64,000 nt of DNA from Octopus vulgaris. Lineage: Eukaryota. How positions within the stretch are numbered: the first letter of the stretch is position 1; each line of letters starts with the position of its first letter. Shown here in pieces: positions 1 to 13,619 of the stretch. The translations under genes and the position numbers were made by a program. Location of the stretch: positions 64,790,001 to 64,854,000 of the forward strand of contig OX597816.1 of the NCBI GenBank assembly GCA_951406725.2, written 5' to 3'. The notes under the pieces are model-generated. The model had not been told where the DNA came from. It saw nothing but the letters and a program-made list of their open reading frames with translations, and did no database searches.

Positions 1-104
1 GGGAAAAATTGGATATTAATTTTATAACATCAATTTAACACCAGTGGTCTAACATTTATAATGGTCTATATATATGTATACATGTGTGTGTGTGTGTGTG
101 TAAA

Positions 105-297
105 TATTTTGTGTCTGTGTTTGCCTCTCTCACCATCGCTTCTCAACAGACACTGGTCTGTTTACGTCCCCGTAACTTAGCAATAGTCACCGATATAATA
201 AGTACTAGGCTTACAAAATATAAGTCCTGGGGTCGATTTGTTCAACTAAAGGCGGTACTGCAGCATGGCCGCAATCAAATAAAGGAGTAAAAGAGTA
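105..297 (+). mobile_element. SINE family A, 3' half
   Basis: Matches the 3' half of the full copies at 5425 and 37422 (tttacgtccccgtaacttag...aagtcctggggtcgatttg...ggcggtactgcagcatggccgc...gtaaaagagta). Confidence 0.8.
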
Positions 298-625
298 CTA
301 CTTTATAAAATGTGTCCTTTATTTAAACAATGGGGTGTGATGTACAAGTTCGGTTTCTATGTTGACTGCCAAATTTCTGTTGAAAAGTTAAATACACAAG
401 ATTCTGCGAGTAGGAATCGATCCGGATTTCGTGGCTCGAAGCGAACTGCTTAACCATTCAGCCATATAATAAAACGGGTAACAATCTCAGTGAAACGTTG
501 GGCATTTCATGAAGGAAAATAATCCACATATCTCTTCAGCTCACCGTTATGAATTGCTATTTGTGGCGCAGAGATTAGCTAACAGATCAGCAAAGCAATA
601 ACTATGTTTATGAAATTGAGTCCGT

Positions 626-945
626 GGAAGCGCAATAGCCCAGTGATTAAGGAAGCGGACTCGCGGTCGGAGGATCACGGTTTCGATTCCCAGACCGGGC
701 GTTGTGTGTGTGTTTATTAAGCGAAAACGCCTAAAGCTCCACGAGGCTCCGGTAGGGGATAGTGGCGACCCCTGTTGTACTCTTTCGCCCGAACTTTCGC
801 TCACTCTCTCTCGTTCTTCCTGTTTCTTGAGTAACTCTGCGATAGACTGGCGTCCCGTCCAGCTGGGAGTAACACATACGGCACAGAAACTGGGAAACCG
901 GGCCCATGAGCCTGGCTAGGCTTGAAAAGGGTGCATAAATAAAAT
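626..945 (+). mobile_element. tRNA-derived SINE with a Meta/MESC-like central domain
   Basis: A-box-like TAGCCCAGTGA and B-box GTTTCGATTCC. The central block aactctgcgatagactggcgtcccgtccag...cagaaactggg resembles the conserved Meta/V-type SINE domain (from recall). A-rich tail. Confidence 0.7.
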
Positions 946-1611
946 GGATTGAGTCTGAGAGAATATGCGACCACGCAGAGCTTCCGGCTAACACCACGTT
1001 AAAGTTGCATCGTCAAATATCAGAAAATGTTGAACATAATTAATTTCTCTGGTAATATCATTTCATTCCAAATTCTATATACACAAATATCGCATTACTT
1101 GAATCAACCTCCTATAATAGTGCGTCTTAAAGTGGACCTTCTCACGAGGGTGTGTTGGAAAATTTTATATTGGTACAGATGACAAAGCGTGTCTCGGTGC
1201 CGTAGTGATAGACCAGATTCGTCAATAGAGTTTTTCTTTAGTCTTAACAACATATTTGATGTTAACTTTTAAAAAGTTGAATGTAGTTTTATGATAAACT
1301 GCTCAATAGCTACAATCAAAATGACAATAAGAAAATACCACCACCAACAACAAAAATAATTACAGTCGTTGAAATGTGAACACGTAAATCAACAGAACTG
1401 AATATAAACCGCATATGCTTACAATATTCAGCTTATAATAGGCGGTGATGTAGAATGTAGTCATCCGCGTCAAACATGTCCTCGGCAGTAATTTACTGCG
1501 AATTGATATTACAATATGCACATTACACAGAAGGTGGTGAGTCTTAGAAAAGAACTTTCAGAAAAATGGAGGTGAACGAAGAGGGGGGAACTGCATAACA
1601 CTATACTATAT

Positions 1612-1965
1612 TTTTCTTGCTTGAGTCATTAAACCGCGGTCATGCTGGGGCATCTCATTGAAGATTTTTTGTAGACGAATGTATCCACACCAATACTTAT
1701 TTTCTAAGCCTGGTACTTATTCTATCAGTCTGTTTTGTCGGACTGCTATGTTATGGGGACATAGACATATTAGCACCAGTTGTCAATCGGTAATAGGGCG
1801 ACAGACACAAAGACACACACACATACATACATATACGACGGGCTTCTTTCAGTTTCCGTCGACCAAATCCATCCACAAGACTTTGGTAATTTCGAGGCTA
1901 TATTAGAAGACACTTTCAAAAGGTGCCACGCAGTGAGACTGAACCGAGAACCGTGTTGTACTGAT
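1612..1965 (-). mobile_element. SINE family A, degenerate
   Basis: Reverse complement of family A, with an internal (CA)/(TA) tract. Confidence 0.8.
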
Positions 1966-2514
1966 AGTTAACGCATTTTGAGGTCGATTGAATACCAAGT
2001 ATCAGTTGACCACCGACTAGATGTAATCGATTTCACTACGACTCCTAAAAATCGCTGTCCGTTCCAAAAGTCGAAATAATTATTACAGAAAAAAAATTAT
2101 TTACTAGAAATAGCAGCAAAATATTCAGAACCCTATATGCTTAAAATTGGAATGTCACATTGTGCGGTATAGTGCAGGATACAGAGGGCCTGATAAAAGT
2201 CTGAAGTGAAGGTCATAATTGGTACAAAACTTATCTTCAGTTGTCTTAAACAGGTCCAACGTGGAACTAATCAACGTCAACCATCTTTAATATTATACTG
2301 CTTCGGTCTTACCTCTGTATTGCTTTAACTATTATAAGAAATCAAGGAGCCAATCTATCATACGTAAAACATTTTAAATTATTCATTGGGGTAATAAACT
2401 ATGGAACAACATTGGAAGGATAAACTATTATGGAAGCAACTTGTTTATCATTTATTGTTATTCATGAAGTAATTAACAAAGATTATGTTAAGTTAAGTAC
2501 ATATATGCGTACAC

Positions 2515-2600
2515 ACACACACGTCTCTATATATATGTATATACATATATATATATATGCGTACGTGTGTGTATGTGTGTTTGTATGTATGTATGTATGC

Positions 2601-2633
<33 letters not shown>

Positions 2634-2646
2634 CATATGTATATAC

Positions 2647-2681
<35 letters not shown>

Positions 2682-2715
2682 TATATCTATATATATATGT
2701 ATATGCATATATATA

Positions 2716-2803
<88 letters not shown>

Positions 2804-2806
2804 TAT
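2515..2806. repeat. Compound (TA)n/(TG)n microsatellite
   Basis: Direct reading. Confidence 0.95.
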
Positions 2807-4544
2807 GAAGACAGAGACGGATCGCGATAGAGAGAATTCATAGCTCATGGGAGCAACTACTATAATTCTTTTACAGGGGCTCTGGTTTTCTTGATTTTCA
2901 AATATGAATGCTATGCAGCGCATTAAGATACATTAAAGCTCTAGAAACATAGAGGTACGCCATCGTAATTATAATGATATTGTACATATGGATATTATTT
3001 ATAGATAGATTATTTTTTTCGATTTGGTTTTACAGATAAGCTTGTTTACTTCTTGTAAGAGTAAAAAGAACATTACAGCTAACAGATCTCAAGATACCAG
3101 ACAAATTTAAAGCCAAGAAAATAGTTTCGATATGTGTAATTTTTTCCAACGATTGTATCAATTGCATCCTATACATATGAGCTGTTTCATAAGAACATGA
3201 ATTTAACAGGAATTAAATGTCTTATTGTATGTTTCTATAAATTTCCAACAACCCATTAACGACTCCCTAAGGTACATAGTTTTTCGAAAGGAGAACGAAG
3301 AGCTTGTGGAATCTTTACGTTCAAACAGTGACAAAATTTTCAGTTCAGATGAAGGCCCCTACATGTCAACAATCTCAAGAACACGACAAGCAAGAATCCT
3401 TGTGAGAACAACATCAAATGTGTACCATTCCGTGAGCGAATCATTTCCACATAATATAAGTAACTTTGAAAACATTTTGGAAGGCCTTTGAAAAAGGCGC
3501 TGAATAAGCAGCCCAGGATAAATTATCATCTTCCTCATTTTTTTCTTTCTTTTCCACTATAAATGGCTTTATAAAATTGATAGCTATTAGTGAGCTTAGA
3601 ATCTCCGAAACAATGGATTTCTCCCTCTCCGAAGAAACCTATGCCTCCCGGATCAAGTGGTATAGTGAGTACTATTACGAACAGGCTATAACCTAGAGTT
3701 AAATACAATTTTCCTATACAGAGATAGTGAATCGGTTGTTCTGGATGTTAGCAGTGATGAGGGCAACGGTGGGAGACGTCTGATTAGTAACCCTTTACAC
3801 TTCGATTGTAGCTGGTACGTTGAGCTGCCTTGGAACATGTCTTGAAACATTCTGCGGAATGTCTCTCTTCACTCATTAGTGTTCATGGGTAACTGGCATT
3901 TCGAAGGAAAATGCGGAAGTGACCTTTGGAGAGGGGGCTGCAAAAATCTCACAAACGTACTCAGTGGCTCCAAGCCTGCTGGCAGGTTTGACCTTGATTT
4001 CTCGCATATTTCAATGTAGACTTGAGTAAATCTTAACGGGGTATCCAAGAGGTATTTGTATACTATTTTCGTTAGTTTCTTACATGGAATCAAAGTAAAT
4101 TATGGTAGTTCTCTTCACGGGCCACAGACTTGTGTCCATACAGTGAACTTGAAAGAAACCGATAGAATGGAATTTGGCTATTGGAATATTCTTTTCAGTG
4201 CTTTTTACCGACAGGACTCAGAGACTGAATTAGTATACTCCTTTAGCAAAAACTGACAAGAATCATTACCAATAGCTGCGGGGTTTGATGACAAACAAAA
4301 TTAGAGCCGTTTTGATTGGTTGGGTCAAAGAGATCGGCAGAGAGAATTGAAGGAACTAGTTAGCCATTTAGATGAGGCTCGTAGAATAAGCATCATATTC
4401 GATGTGTAAGCGAGGAGAGAAGCTCTCAACAATTTCTTGTACGCAAAACATGTAAAATATGTAATCGGTGTAAAGCTGCCAGTCATAAAAAAATGAAGGC
4501 ACAAAACCGGTTCGAATTTCAAAATATCAAACGTTCGGTCTAAC

Positions 4545-5250
4545 ATACATCTCTTACATGTTTTGCCCTCTGACTGCGCTTTGCGTATCTTTTCCGTTAA
4601 AAAGTTCGTTTTAATGACTTACTCCTTAATTTAGCGATTCATTTTCTTGTTTCAAGTTTTTTATCTTTGAGATACACCTGTCGCTCTCTACTTCCAACTT
4701 CCTTGGCTAGTTGCATGAATAGACCATATAATTCATTCTCTTTTCCAGCTATTTCTCCTGTTGATCTTCCTTCTTATTTTTCACTTTTACTGTATCAGTA
4801 ACGTTTTGAACGTTTCAAGCCGGCAATAGTATTCTTTCTGTAGTGCGTAGAGCATACATTTTCAAACCCAATATCACAGTACTAACGGTATCTGCTGCGT
4901 TTAGCAATCCTCTGCCTACTTCCGTTCTTGCAATGTAGAGTATGTCGATATTACTTTTAGGATGGTGAAATGTTGTGCATTGTGAGCGGCCTTTCGTTCT
5001 TCTATGTTCTGTAACTGTGTATATTTTCGAAAAGGAGCTGAGTATTTTAACACTGACATGGTCCGTGTATTCATTGATCTGATAATAATACTGGCATAGC
5101 CCAGGTAATCATTGATATGATAATATTCCCTCCGTTTAATTTTGATTCGAGTTTCTTCTCTTGTACTCTTTGGAGATTTCTCTTTCATTTCTCTTTCAAT
5201 CATTTATTATTTCACAGCAATCTAATGATATAATCTTGGGAAACTTTTAT
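4545..5250 (-). mobile_element. R4/Dong-clade non-LTR retrotransposon remnant (post-RT region)
   Basis: Minus-strand fragments RSMNTRTMSVLKYSA, HHPKSNIDILYIARTEVGRGLL and WKENELYGLF match the Dong-type INTRAVSVVRYSA / LHPKSDVDRLYLPRKEGGRGL / WKEKALHGQF motifs. Multiple frameshifts. Confidence 0.75.
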
Positions 5251-5293
5251 GGCACCAGATTTAATATTTCGGGCTATATTATTATTGTTGTTA

Positions 5294-5424
5294 AGGCGGA
5301 GAGCTAGCAGAATTATTTTCACGCCGGACAAAATGCTATCAATATCTGTTCCAGCATTCTACCTTCTGAGTTAAAGTTCCTCTGCTATCAACATTCTTAC
5401 GAGACTAATAAAATAAGTACCAGT
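5294..5424 (+). mobile_element. SINE family B, 5' part
   Basis: aaggcggagagctagcagaat... head matches the family B copies (e.g. 47550). Confidence 0.65.
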
Positions 5425-5592
5425 AGGTGTGGCTGTGTGGTAAGTAGCTTGCTTCCGAACCACATGAATCCGGATTACGTCCCACTGCATGGCACCTTGG
5501 GTAAGTGTATTCTGATATAGACTCGGGCCGACCAGAGCCTTGTGAATGAATATGGTAGACGGAAATTGAAAGAAGCCCGTCGTATATATGTA

Positions 5593-5658
<66 letters not shown>

Positions 5659-5880
5659 AATGTGTGTGTATATGTTTGTGTGTTTGTGTTTATCAGCCCA
5701 ATACGCTTGACAACCGATGCTGGTGTGTTTACGTACCCGTAACTTAGTGGTTCGGCAAAACAGACCGGTAGAATAAGTACTATACTTACAAAGAATAAGT
5801 CCTGGGGTCGATATGCTCGACTAGAAGCGGTGCTCCAGCATGGCCACAGTCACATGATTGAAACAAGTAAAAAAGTAAAA
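5425..5880 (+). mobile_element. SINE family A, full length, internal microsatellite
   Basis: tRNA-like head gtggctgtgtggtaagtagc...; CORE-like ggcaccttgggtaagtgt; internal (TA)(TG) tract; tail gcggtgctccagcatggccacagtc...gaaacaagtaaa. Confidence 0.9.
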
Positions 5881-6029
5881 GTTATGGGGAGGAGTCGAGG
5901 TAATTGCCTGGCACCTTCCTCATAAATTTCGGCCCTTCTGCCCATAGTCGAAAGGAAAGAAGAAATTATATGTATTTTGAAAGAAATTGACTTGGGAGAA
6001 TCGTTACGTAGCGGAAAAATGCCTTTCGA

Positions 6030-6206
6030 GAGAGGGGTGAGTCGATTACATGGACCCCAGAACGTAACTAGTACTAAATTTATTGACTCCGAAAGGATGA
6101 AAGGCAAAGTTGACCTCGGTAGAATTTGAACAGAACATAAGGACAGGTGAAATGTCAATAAGGATTTCCCCCAATCTGCTAACGATACTTCCAGCCCGCC
6201 GCCTTA
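6030..6206 (-). mobile_element. SINE family B
   Basis: ccgaaaggatgaaaggcaaagttgacctcgg...ccagcccgccgcctt is the reverse complement of family B. Confidence 0.8.
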
Positions 6207-6210
6207 ATAT

Positions 6211-6246
<36 letters not shown>

Positions 6247-6249
<3 letters not shown>

Positions 6250-6420
6250 GCCGTGATGCAGTACCAGGCAGTGGCTCTCATGGCTTCCGATCTTAACTGA
6301 TTGGAAGTGTTATCATGTATATTGTTTTCTCTTGGTATAAAAGATGGGTTACAGCAAATATTCTGCTCAATACCACAGATTTGCTTGTCAGTTGTTTGAC
6401 CGTAATCAGTTGATCATGTT
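6247..6420 (+). mobile_element. 5' part of the ~560-bp (TAA)n-embedded repeat (element C)
   Basis: Reverse complement of the ends of the copies at 41564-42105 and 55004-55562; preceded by (TAA)n. Confidence 0.85.
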
Positions 6421-7065
6421 GTTTCTAGATGCCGAATCCTCGCTGAGAAGGAGTACTTCATAAGACATGACGGACTAGGGCAGTACATCCACTGGAATGC
6501 TTGTAAATACTACAAAATGAAATCCCCTGATAAGTGGTAAAGGCACCATCCAGAGGATGTAGTAAATGGCAAAGCCGTCACCATCCTTTGGAACTTCGCA
6601 ATATAAACAGACAGAAAAACAGACTCTAATCGACCAGGCATGGTGATCAAGGACTATAACAGAAGAGCTTGTCTGTTAATAGATATGTCTTTCCCACAAG
6701 ATCAAAATGTCTGGAAAAAGGAATATGAAAAGCTTTCTCACTATAAAGGTCTGCAAACTGAAATCGCAAAAATGTGGATTAGTAGTACGATAACACCAGT
6801 AGTAATTGATGTGTTGCGAATGATAACGAAGAGGGCTGAGAAGTATATTAAGCAACTCCCTGGTAACTCCAATCTCCGTGAACGAAGAAAGATAACCTTG
6901 ATGGGTACAGCCCATATACTACAGAAAGCACTCACCATCTAAAATGGAATAAATGTGGTGATAATTTTAGTACGCATAGCAAAACAAAAGTGGCCTTGCT
7001 ACTCTTGTCCTCCGGAGAATGCCCGCTACTAAGGTAGCTGAAATAAAGTCATAATGAAAGGAAAT
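6421..7065 (+). mobile_element. R4/Dong LINE 3' end (restriction-like endonuclease domain) with (TAA)n tail
   Basis: EYFIRHDGLGQYIHW...ILWNF...NRPGMVIKDYNRRACLLIDMSFP...KKEYEKLSHYKGL...PVVI...GTAHIL is a typical RLE domain (RHD, PD, D..P, K..KY). In-frame stops; followed by (TAA)n. Confidence 0.9.
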
Positions 7066-7072
7066 AATAATG

Positions 7073-7135
<63 letters not shown>

Positions 7136-7394
7136 TTGTTAGTGGAAATAATTGTGTCATCCTGATTTATCATCATCATCGTCATCATTAAAATCATTCT
7201 TTTACTTCAATGCTTCCATCACTTACTGTTTTAATCTTTGAATAGATATATTGACTTTCCATCCATTTCTATATTGGTTGCTCCAGGGAATAGACATTAC
7301 GATAGCCCTTGTCATACTTGATAACTTAAGCCTTCCATTATCGTAAACATATCTGATTTCTTCTCTCAGAATCATTCTATAGACAAACACATGC

Positions 7395-7737
7395 AGCCGC
7401 GCGCGCACACATACACACACACACATGCATACACACGCACACACATTAAACATACACACATACACACACACATACGTATATATGTATATATACGTATGTG
7501 TGTGTGTGAAAGAGAAGGGAAAATTTTATACTCATACCTACATGTATGTGTTTGTGTTATATATATACACATATGTATATATGAGTGTGTGTGTCTGGGT
7601 GTGTCAGTACGTGTGTGCGTGTGTAAGTATATATATATATATGTATGTATGTATATGCATTTATCTATATACATATGTATATGAGTACATTTATGCGTAG
7701 CAGACAGGCATGCAGACGCAGATATATATATATATAT

Positions 7738-7768
<31 letters not shown>

Positions 7769-7785
7769 GATAGATAGATAGATAA
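7395..7785. repeat. Compound CA/TA/TG/GATA microsatellite
   Basis: Direct reading. Confidence 0.9.
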
Positions 7786-8921
7786 ACGAGAGGATTAGAT
7801 ATGAATTTAACCTTAATATTTCACTCTGTCTCCGTGTGACCTTGTTATGTACTTTTCGTTTGAATAGAGTTGAATACAGGATAAAAACAAATAAAATGTA
7901 TAAAGTTAAATTCAATAACATAGAAAAAACTAAGATCGATTTCCTGGACTAGAAGAAATCATTCAAGTTATTCATTTCTTCACTCCATACCACGTCCTGA
8001 CAGAGGTTTATCTTTAGCGATGCCATATTAAATATTCGGATCTATTTCCTGCTCATACCCATTGCCTACGCTTGAAATGTCGCTATAAAAAGATTCTTCA
8101 TTCGACAAACATTATCTTTGTGTGAAATATAAATGTGTTCGAAGTCGAAGAAAAATTGTTATGCATTCTAACTTTGCGTGTCGTTTTGGTTAACAAAGCG
8201 CTACCCAGAGTACATAATTTTCTTGTAGTTACTATTGATATTTAGTCATATAGGAGGGATTGCTAAAACGTTTTTGGCTTTCGGCTTAAGTAAATTCCTG
8301 GAACGTAGTTAAAATTAATATCTATTTCACTGTTGAGCTTTTCCCAATACACCGTCAAGGTGATGATTTTTTTATCAGTTTAGCAGAGACCAACACGCAT
8401 TTTAAAATAATCTAGAGCAGCATTTCTTTCGTCCTTACGTTCGTGTGTACTGGGGTAATAGATTTACTTACCCAATTCCTTAAAAATGACTGGCCTTTTG
8501 CCAAAATTAGAAAGCATTATTAAATAAGCTGTTTGCTGACTTCTATAAACAAGAGCTGCAATTCTTGTTTAGTTCACTGAACTTTATTAGCTTTGACTGA
8601 AAATACACAAACAGGTCGAAACACTGCGGTGTTTCATATTTGACTTACTTCAATGGATCGAGAGTATGATGAAAATTCTTTGTCCACAGACAAGACAACA
8701 GTGATTATCATATTCCCATTCGAGATTAACTGAATCTTTTAAATCTATTAAGAATGAGTATGAACGTCATTACGTATGCATAAAGATGTATATGTATATA
8801 TGCGCATATGTATATATGCGCATATGTTTGTATATAAGGGTATGTGGTGTTGATTTCAATTCCTGGACCGCGTTGTGTGCTGGGATGCTGAGAAAAACAT
8901 TTTGTCTTAACGTTCCTGTGA

Positions 8922-8954
<33 letters not shown>

Positions 8955-9456
8955 CCAATCAAAAACACCCACCCCACACACACGAACACATGTATACTTA
9001 TATATACACACACACTCACACCATCTGACCTCCATACAGACACACATATACACACGCAGCACCATGCCAAATGCCATCCACACACATACATACACACACA
9101 CACACATACACACGCACACACAAAACCAAGACAACCACACACGCGGTTGAAAAAGGGACACACATATACACACACCATCCTACCAGATCTTACAAACACA
9201 AAGACATCTTTTCACACCACATATGTATATACACACAAAGACACACACACTCACCCCATCCTGACCCCTAAATTAAATGATGCTTGAAGAAGAGACCAAA
9301 AGGATAAATTATTTTCAGTTCCACATTACTCCTCCTTTCCCCCACCCAAACACACCTACTGTGTCCCTTGAAATAGATACTATTCTTTTACGTTAACATG
9401 GTGGATAGGTCAGTTTTAGCTTCTCTACTATTATAATGTAAACCGTTCTGAACTCA

Positions 9457-9890
9457 TAATATTCTGTGCGTGTATACCAATATTCTACTTTTTAATAATC
9501 CCTTCTGGAAATTATCTTGAGAATGTATAATATATTTGTTGTAATCTTTTGTGCCCAATATTTCAATGAACTTGTTAAACTTTTTTATGTTCTCAACATG
9601 CTCTTGTCACCAAAGAATATATATATATATATGTATTGTAGTACTCTGTGTCAACCAATATTCTGCGCGTGTTTGAATATATAGATACAATACCAATACC
9701 AATATCCCACAGAACTTTTTAATAATTCCTGCTGGAAACTATCTTAAACATGTTATTGAGAATGATTATTTATGTAGTAATATTTTGTGCCCGATATTTT
9801 AAGGAACTTGTTAAAATTTTTATGTCCTTAACATGTCCTTGTTACCAAAGACTGTATATATGTAATGTAGAAATTTGTAACAACCAATAA
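9457..9890. repeat. Diverged tandem duplication, two ~200-230 bp units
   Basis: Both units share aatattctg.gcgtgt, tttttaataat..ct.ctggaaa.tatctt, ttttgtgccc.atattt, gaacttgttaaa, accaaaga and caaccaata. Confidence 0.8.
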
Positions 9891-10041
9891 TTAACGCAAC
9901 CAAACTTCTACATGTTACTTTTGACAATCTTTTTCCCAAAAAGTGAAACCGGTAAAGTAAATAAACATCTTTTAAAATTGCATTTTCAAACCTTCTTTCG
10001 TATATAATTCCACTCGTGCGGTACCCTACAACTCCACTTTG

Positions 10042-10109
<68 letters not shown>

Positions 10110-10111
<2 letters not shown>

Positions 10112-10395
10112 TGTTTTTACCGTTATTGTTTTTTGTATTTTATATTCGTGTGGCATCGTCCGTTTTTCTGTCCCTGTTTCGTATAAATTCGATCCTTCTT
10201 CCACGAAATCTAATGCTCATAGCTTAATTTTTCCTTGGGGCTGGCCGGATCGGAGCGATCTCAAGATTAATCAGCCGAAATTGCTAGGATGATCCGGTTC
10301 TTCACTGAAGATTGAAAGCTTCGAATGTCCAGTCCGTGTTTTTTGTATCGTCTTCTAAATGTTTTACGTTCTTGTCCCAGTTTGTATTTTTCTAC
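10110..10395. mobile_element. Short repeat embedded between (TA)n tracts, possibly derived from a PLE pLTR
   Basis: ~290 bp block bounded by TA tracts; contains a ggctg...cagcc-GAAA hairpin and CTGAAGA. Confidence 0.35.
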
Positions 10396-10402
10396 ATATA
10401 AT

Positions 10403-10454
<52 letters not shown>

Positions 10455-10766
10455 GTATTTATGTATATATATATGTATTTATGTATATATATATATATTT
10501 ATGTATATATATATATATGTATTTATATATATATATACATGTTTATATATATATATACATATTTATATATATATATATATACATATTTATATGTATATAT
10601 ATATACATATTTATATATATATATAATATTTATATATATATATACATATTTATATATATATATATACATATTTATATATATATATATACATATTTATATA
10701 TATATATACATATTTATATATATATATACATGTTTATATATATATACATATTTATATATATATACA

Positions 10767-10857
<91 letters not shown>

Positions 10858-10892
10858 ATATTTATATACATATTTATATATATATATATACA

Positions 10893-10925
<33 letters not shown>
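10396..10925. repeat. (TA)n microsatellite with cryptic catattta periodicity
   Basis: Direct reading. Confidence 0.95.
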
Positions 10926-10926
<1 letters not shown>

Positions 10927-10927
<1 letters not shown>

Positions 10928-11100
10928 TAGCTGAGGTTTCCGGTAAAAATTACCGTTAATAAAATGTATGTTTATAGCCATGAAACATTTTTCGTCAAAT
11001 TTCGACATTTTTCAAAAATTTTAAGTCTATATTATTTGAAATTGAAAGCGGATAGTGACTTCGGTTTGAAAGGAGTTAATATACGAGACATATATCTATA
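10927..11100 (-). mobile_element. Probable Helitron 3' terminus (5' extent unknown)
   Basis: The minus strand ends with hairpin cggtaa-ttt-ttaccg, 10 nt, then CTAG|T: canonical Helitron 3' geometry. Confidence 0.5.
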
Positions 11101-12642
11101 ATGCTTGCGAATGTCCTTCTATATATGTGTTATCTTGTACATGTGTATGGGTGACTATATATATTGTTCTATATAGTCTGCTTATTTTCCAGGATAAAAA
11201 CTTCAATTAATAAACTTCCGGCATGTAGCCGAAACAATCTTGATAATTTTCCGTTCATTCCCTTCTTTCCTGTGCTTTGGAAAGCGCCGGTGATGCTTTC
11301 AAGAATTTCCTGAATGAGAGAAAGAAATTTTATGGAATGTAATAGGCCTGGCTATTCAGGCATCTAACTGAATTAAATCCGTTAAAGATGCTTAGGAACC
11401 ATTCAGTAGGGCTAAGCTTTAGTGATGGATAATATCTGCTAATGTTAAACAGTAACGGTTTTTTCAAAAGTAACTCATACGTTTCCTGTGTACTAAATTT
11501 CTTTCATGAAAATATGCCGAAAACACTCTATTGTAAAATACACTTTCTGAACCCTAATCGATATAATGGCTAGACAAACCTTCGAACGACAAGCCATTCA
11601 TTCGCCGCTTATTTTTTCATATCTTATGCATTGCGCATAAACTTCACAAACCTTGGGTACTAGTGGAAGAGACGAAGTAAATTAACTTAAGACCAAAGAC
11701 CCGAATGCTTCTAGCAGTGGTCCCTGTTAAAGACAGCTCACCTGGCAAGTAGAGATCTTAAGCAAAATTTAAAAAATGAATTGATTATTGTCCTTAAATA
11801 GACTGTGGTGAAATTTAAATTTGAATTCAGAACGCAAAGAAGATGCAACGAATACTCTAACGCGTTCTGCCTGACATTTTAGGCGTTCCATGAATGTTTC
11901 CGCCGTCCTACAGAGGTGCCTTGATGTGGAAGCTGAGATTATGATAAGCAACAATTGCTTAGTGGGAACTGAATCAAAGTGTATAGAACCGAACTCAGTT
12001 GTACTATCTGCCAATGTTCTAACGAATCTCCCAAATCCCCCCCCCGCCCCATTTAATGAACGGCTGAGATCTGAGATTGGACAAGATCTCACCTTGTAAT
12101 GAAACGCGTTGTGAAGCATCATTATTTACTTCCATTGAAAACCTGATATCATTATCCTAAGTAAAGAAAAAATTAATAATAAGCGAAAGAAACTGTTAGT
12201 AAAATGAGTTGAGCCTATTATGTAAATGATAATACTATATTCTGGATAAAGAGTCAATCCAATCTCGATGCGAATTCGAAACAGCCATATAATGTATTAG
12301 GCGTAATAAAGAATATTGTACGTTTCACTTTTATCTTCGCTAATATCAATCTCCTAGCAGACATACACGATAACAGCGGTAAGTAAGCGGAGACGTTACC
12401 GTCAATATTAGTTCACGAAGCTATAAAATCGACCATAAAATAATATTATCGGTGTTTAATAAGAATTGCGTTGGATGTTTCGTGATAAGTTGTTATTATA
12501 TATATTGCTGATTGTCATATTTCTGCTGCACACTATACAAGGTGTTTGAAAGACAAATACAAAAAAATTAAATAGACTACACATACAAAGCGAGCCAACC
12601 GTATACAGAGACGTCACACATTCATATATAGCAAACGTATAC

Positions 12643-12654
12643 ATGTATACATAC

Positions 12655-12701
<47 letters not shown>

Positions 12702-12707
12702 TGTATG

Positions 12708-12788
<81 letters not shown>

Positions 12789-12904
12789 TTCCTCAAGATA
12801 TGAAAGTACACGTATGTGTGTTTGTGTGCGCGTGTGTGTGTATGCTCACGTGTGTCTATGTATGTATATATGTATATGTATGTATATATATATATGTATA
12901 TATA

Positions 12905-12946
<42 letters not shown>

Positions 12947-13048
12947 TACATATATGTATATATTTGTATACGCACATATATATGTATCTGCATATATACA
13001 TACACACACACACACACACACCACATACACACACACATATATATATAA

Positions 13049-13092
<44 letters not shown>
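12643..13092. repeat. Compound (TA)n/(GA)n/(CA)n microsatellite
   Basis: Direct reading. Confidence 0.95.
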
Positions 13093-13504
13093 ACATGTTT
13101 ATTGATTAAAGGCATTTTCGTAGCTATTACTTTAGTCTCAGTAGGGGACAACATTTTCATTAATTAAAATATAATTTGTGTTTTTCCAATACATAGACAC
13201 TCTATAAATAAAAATTGGAAAAAATTTCATACAGTATTCCTTTAATAATTAAGAAATATAAGATACACCTTAAGAATGGAGGAAATGTATGCTTGGAAAT
13301 AAACGTTGTTACTATCTATAAATATTTATGTTTGAAATAATGATAATAGAAAGAAAAGAATGAGAAGACTAAAGGCATAACCAGACGAATACAGTGAAAT
13401 AGTTTACAATACTATTCCACATATTCAATGAAACAGAAAAATCAGTAGAAAAGTAATAATTAAAAAATTTAATTATATATTTCTTTAGTTACACCTCCTG
13501 AAGT

Positions 13505-13540
<36 letters not shown>

Positions 13541-13619
13541 CATACATATATATATATACATATATATATATACACACACACACACATATATATACACACA
13601 CACATATATGTATATATAT

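Noticed and set aside
405-465. tRNA-like sequence (also the heads at 626, 5425 and 37422)
   Set aside because: A/B boxes without a complete cloverleaf; these are SINE heads, not tRNA genes
3225-4550. Short ORFs with protein-like composition; weak RT-like stretch near 4340
   Set aside because: No recognisable domain; too degraded to assign
10232-10340. CTGAAGA...GAATGTC and ggctg/cagcc-GAAA, possible hammerhead
   Set aside because: Core, stem I and stem II cannot be assembled consistently; at best a decayed relic
11769-12122. 117-aa ORF inside the putative Helitron
   Set aside because: No Rep or helicase motif and no other recognisable family
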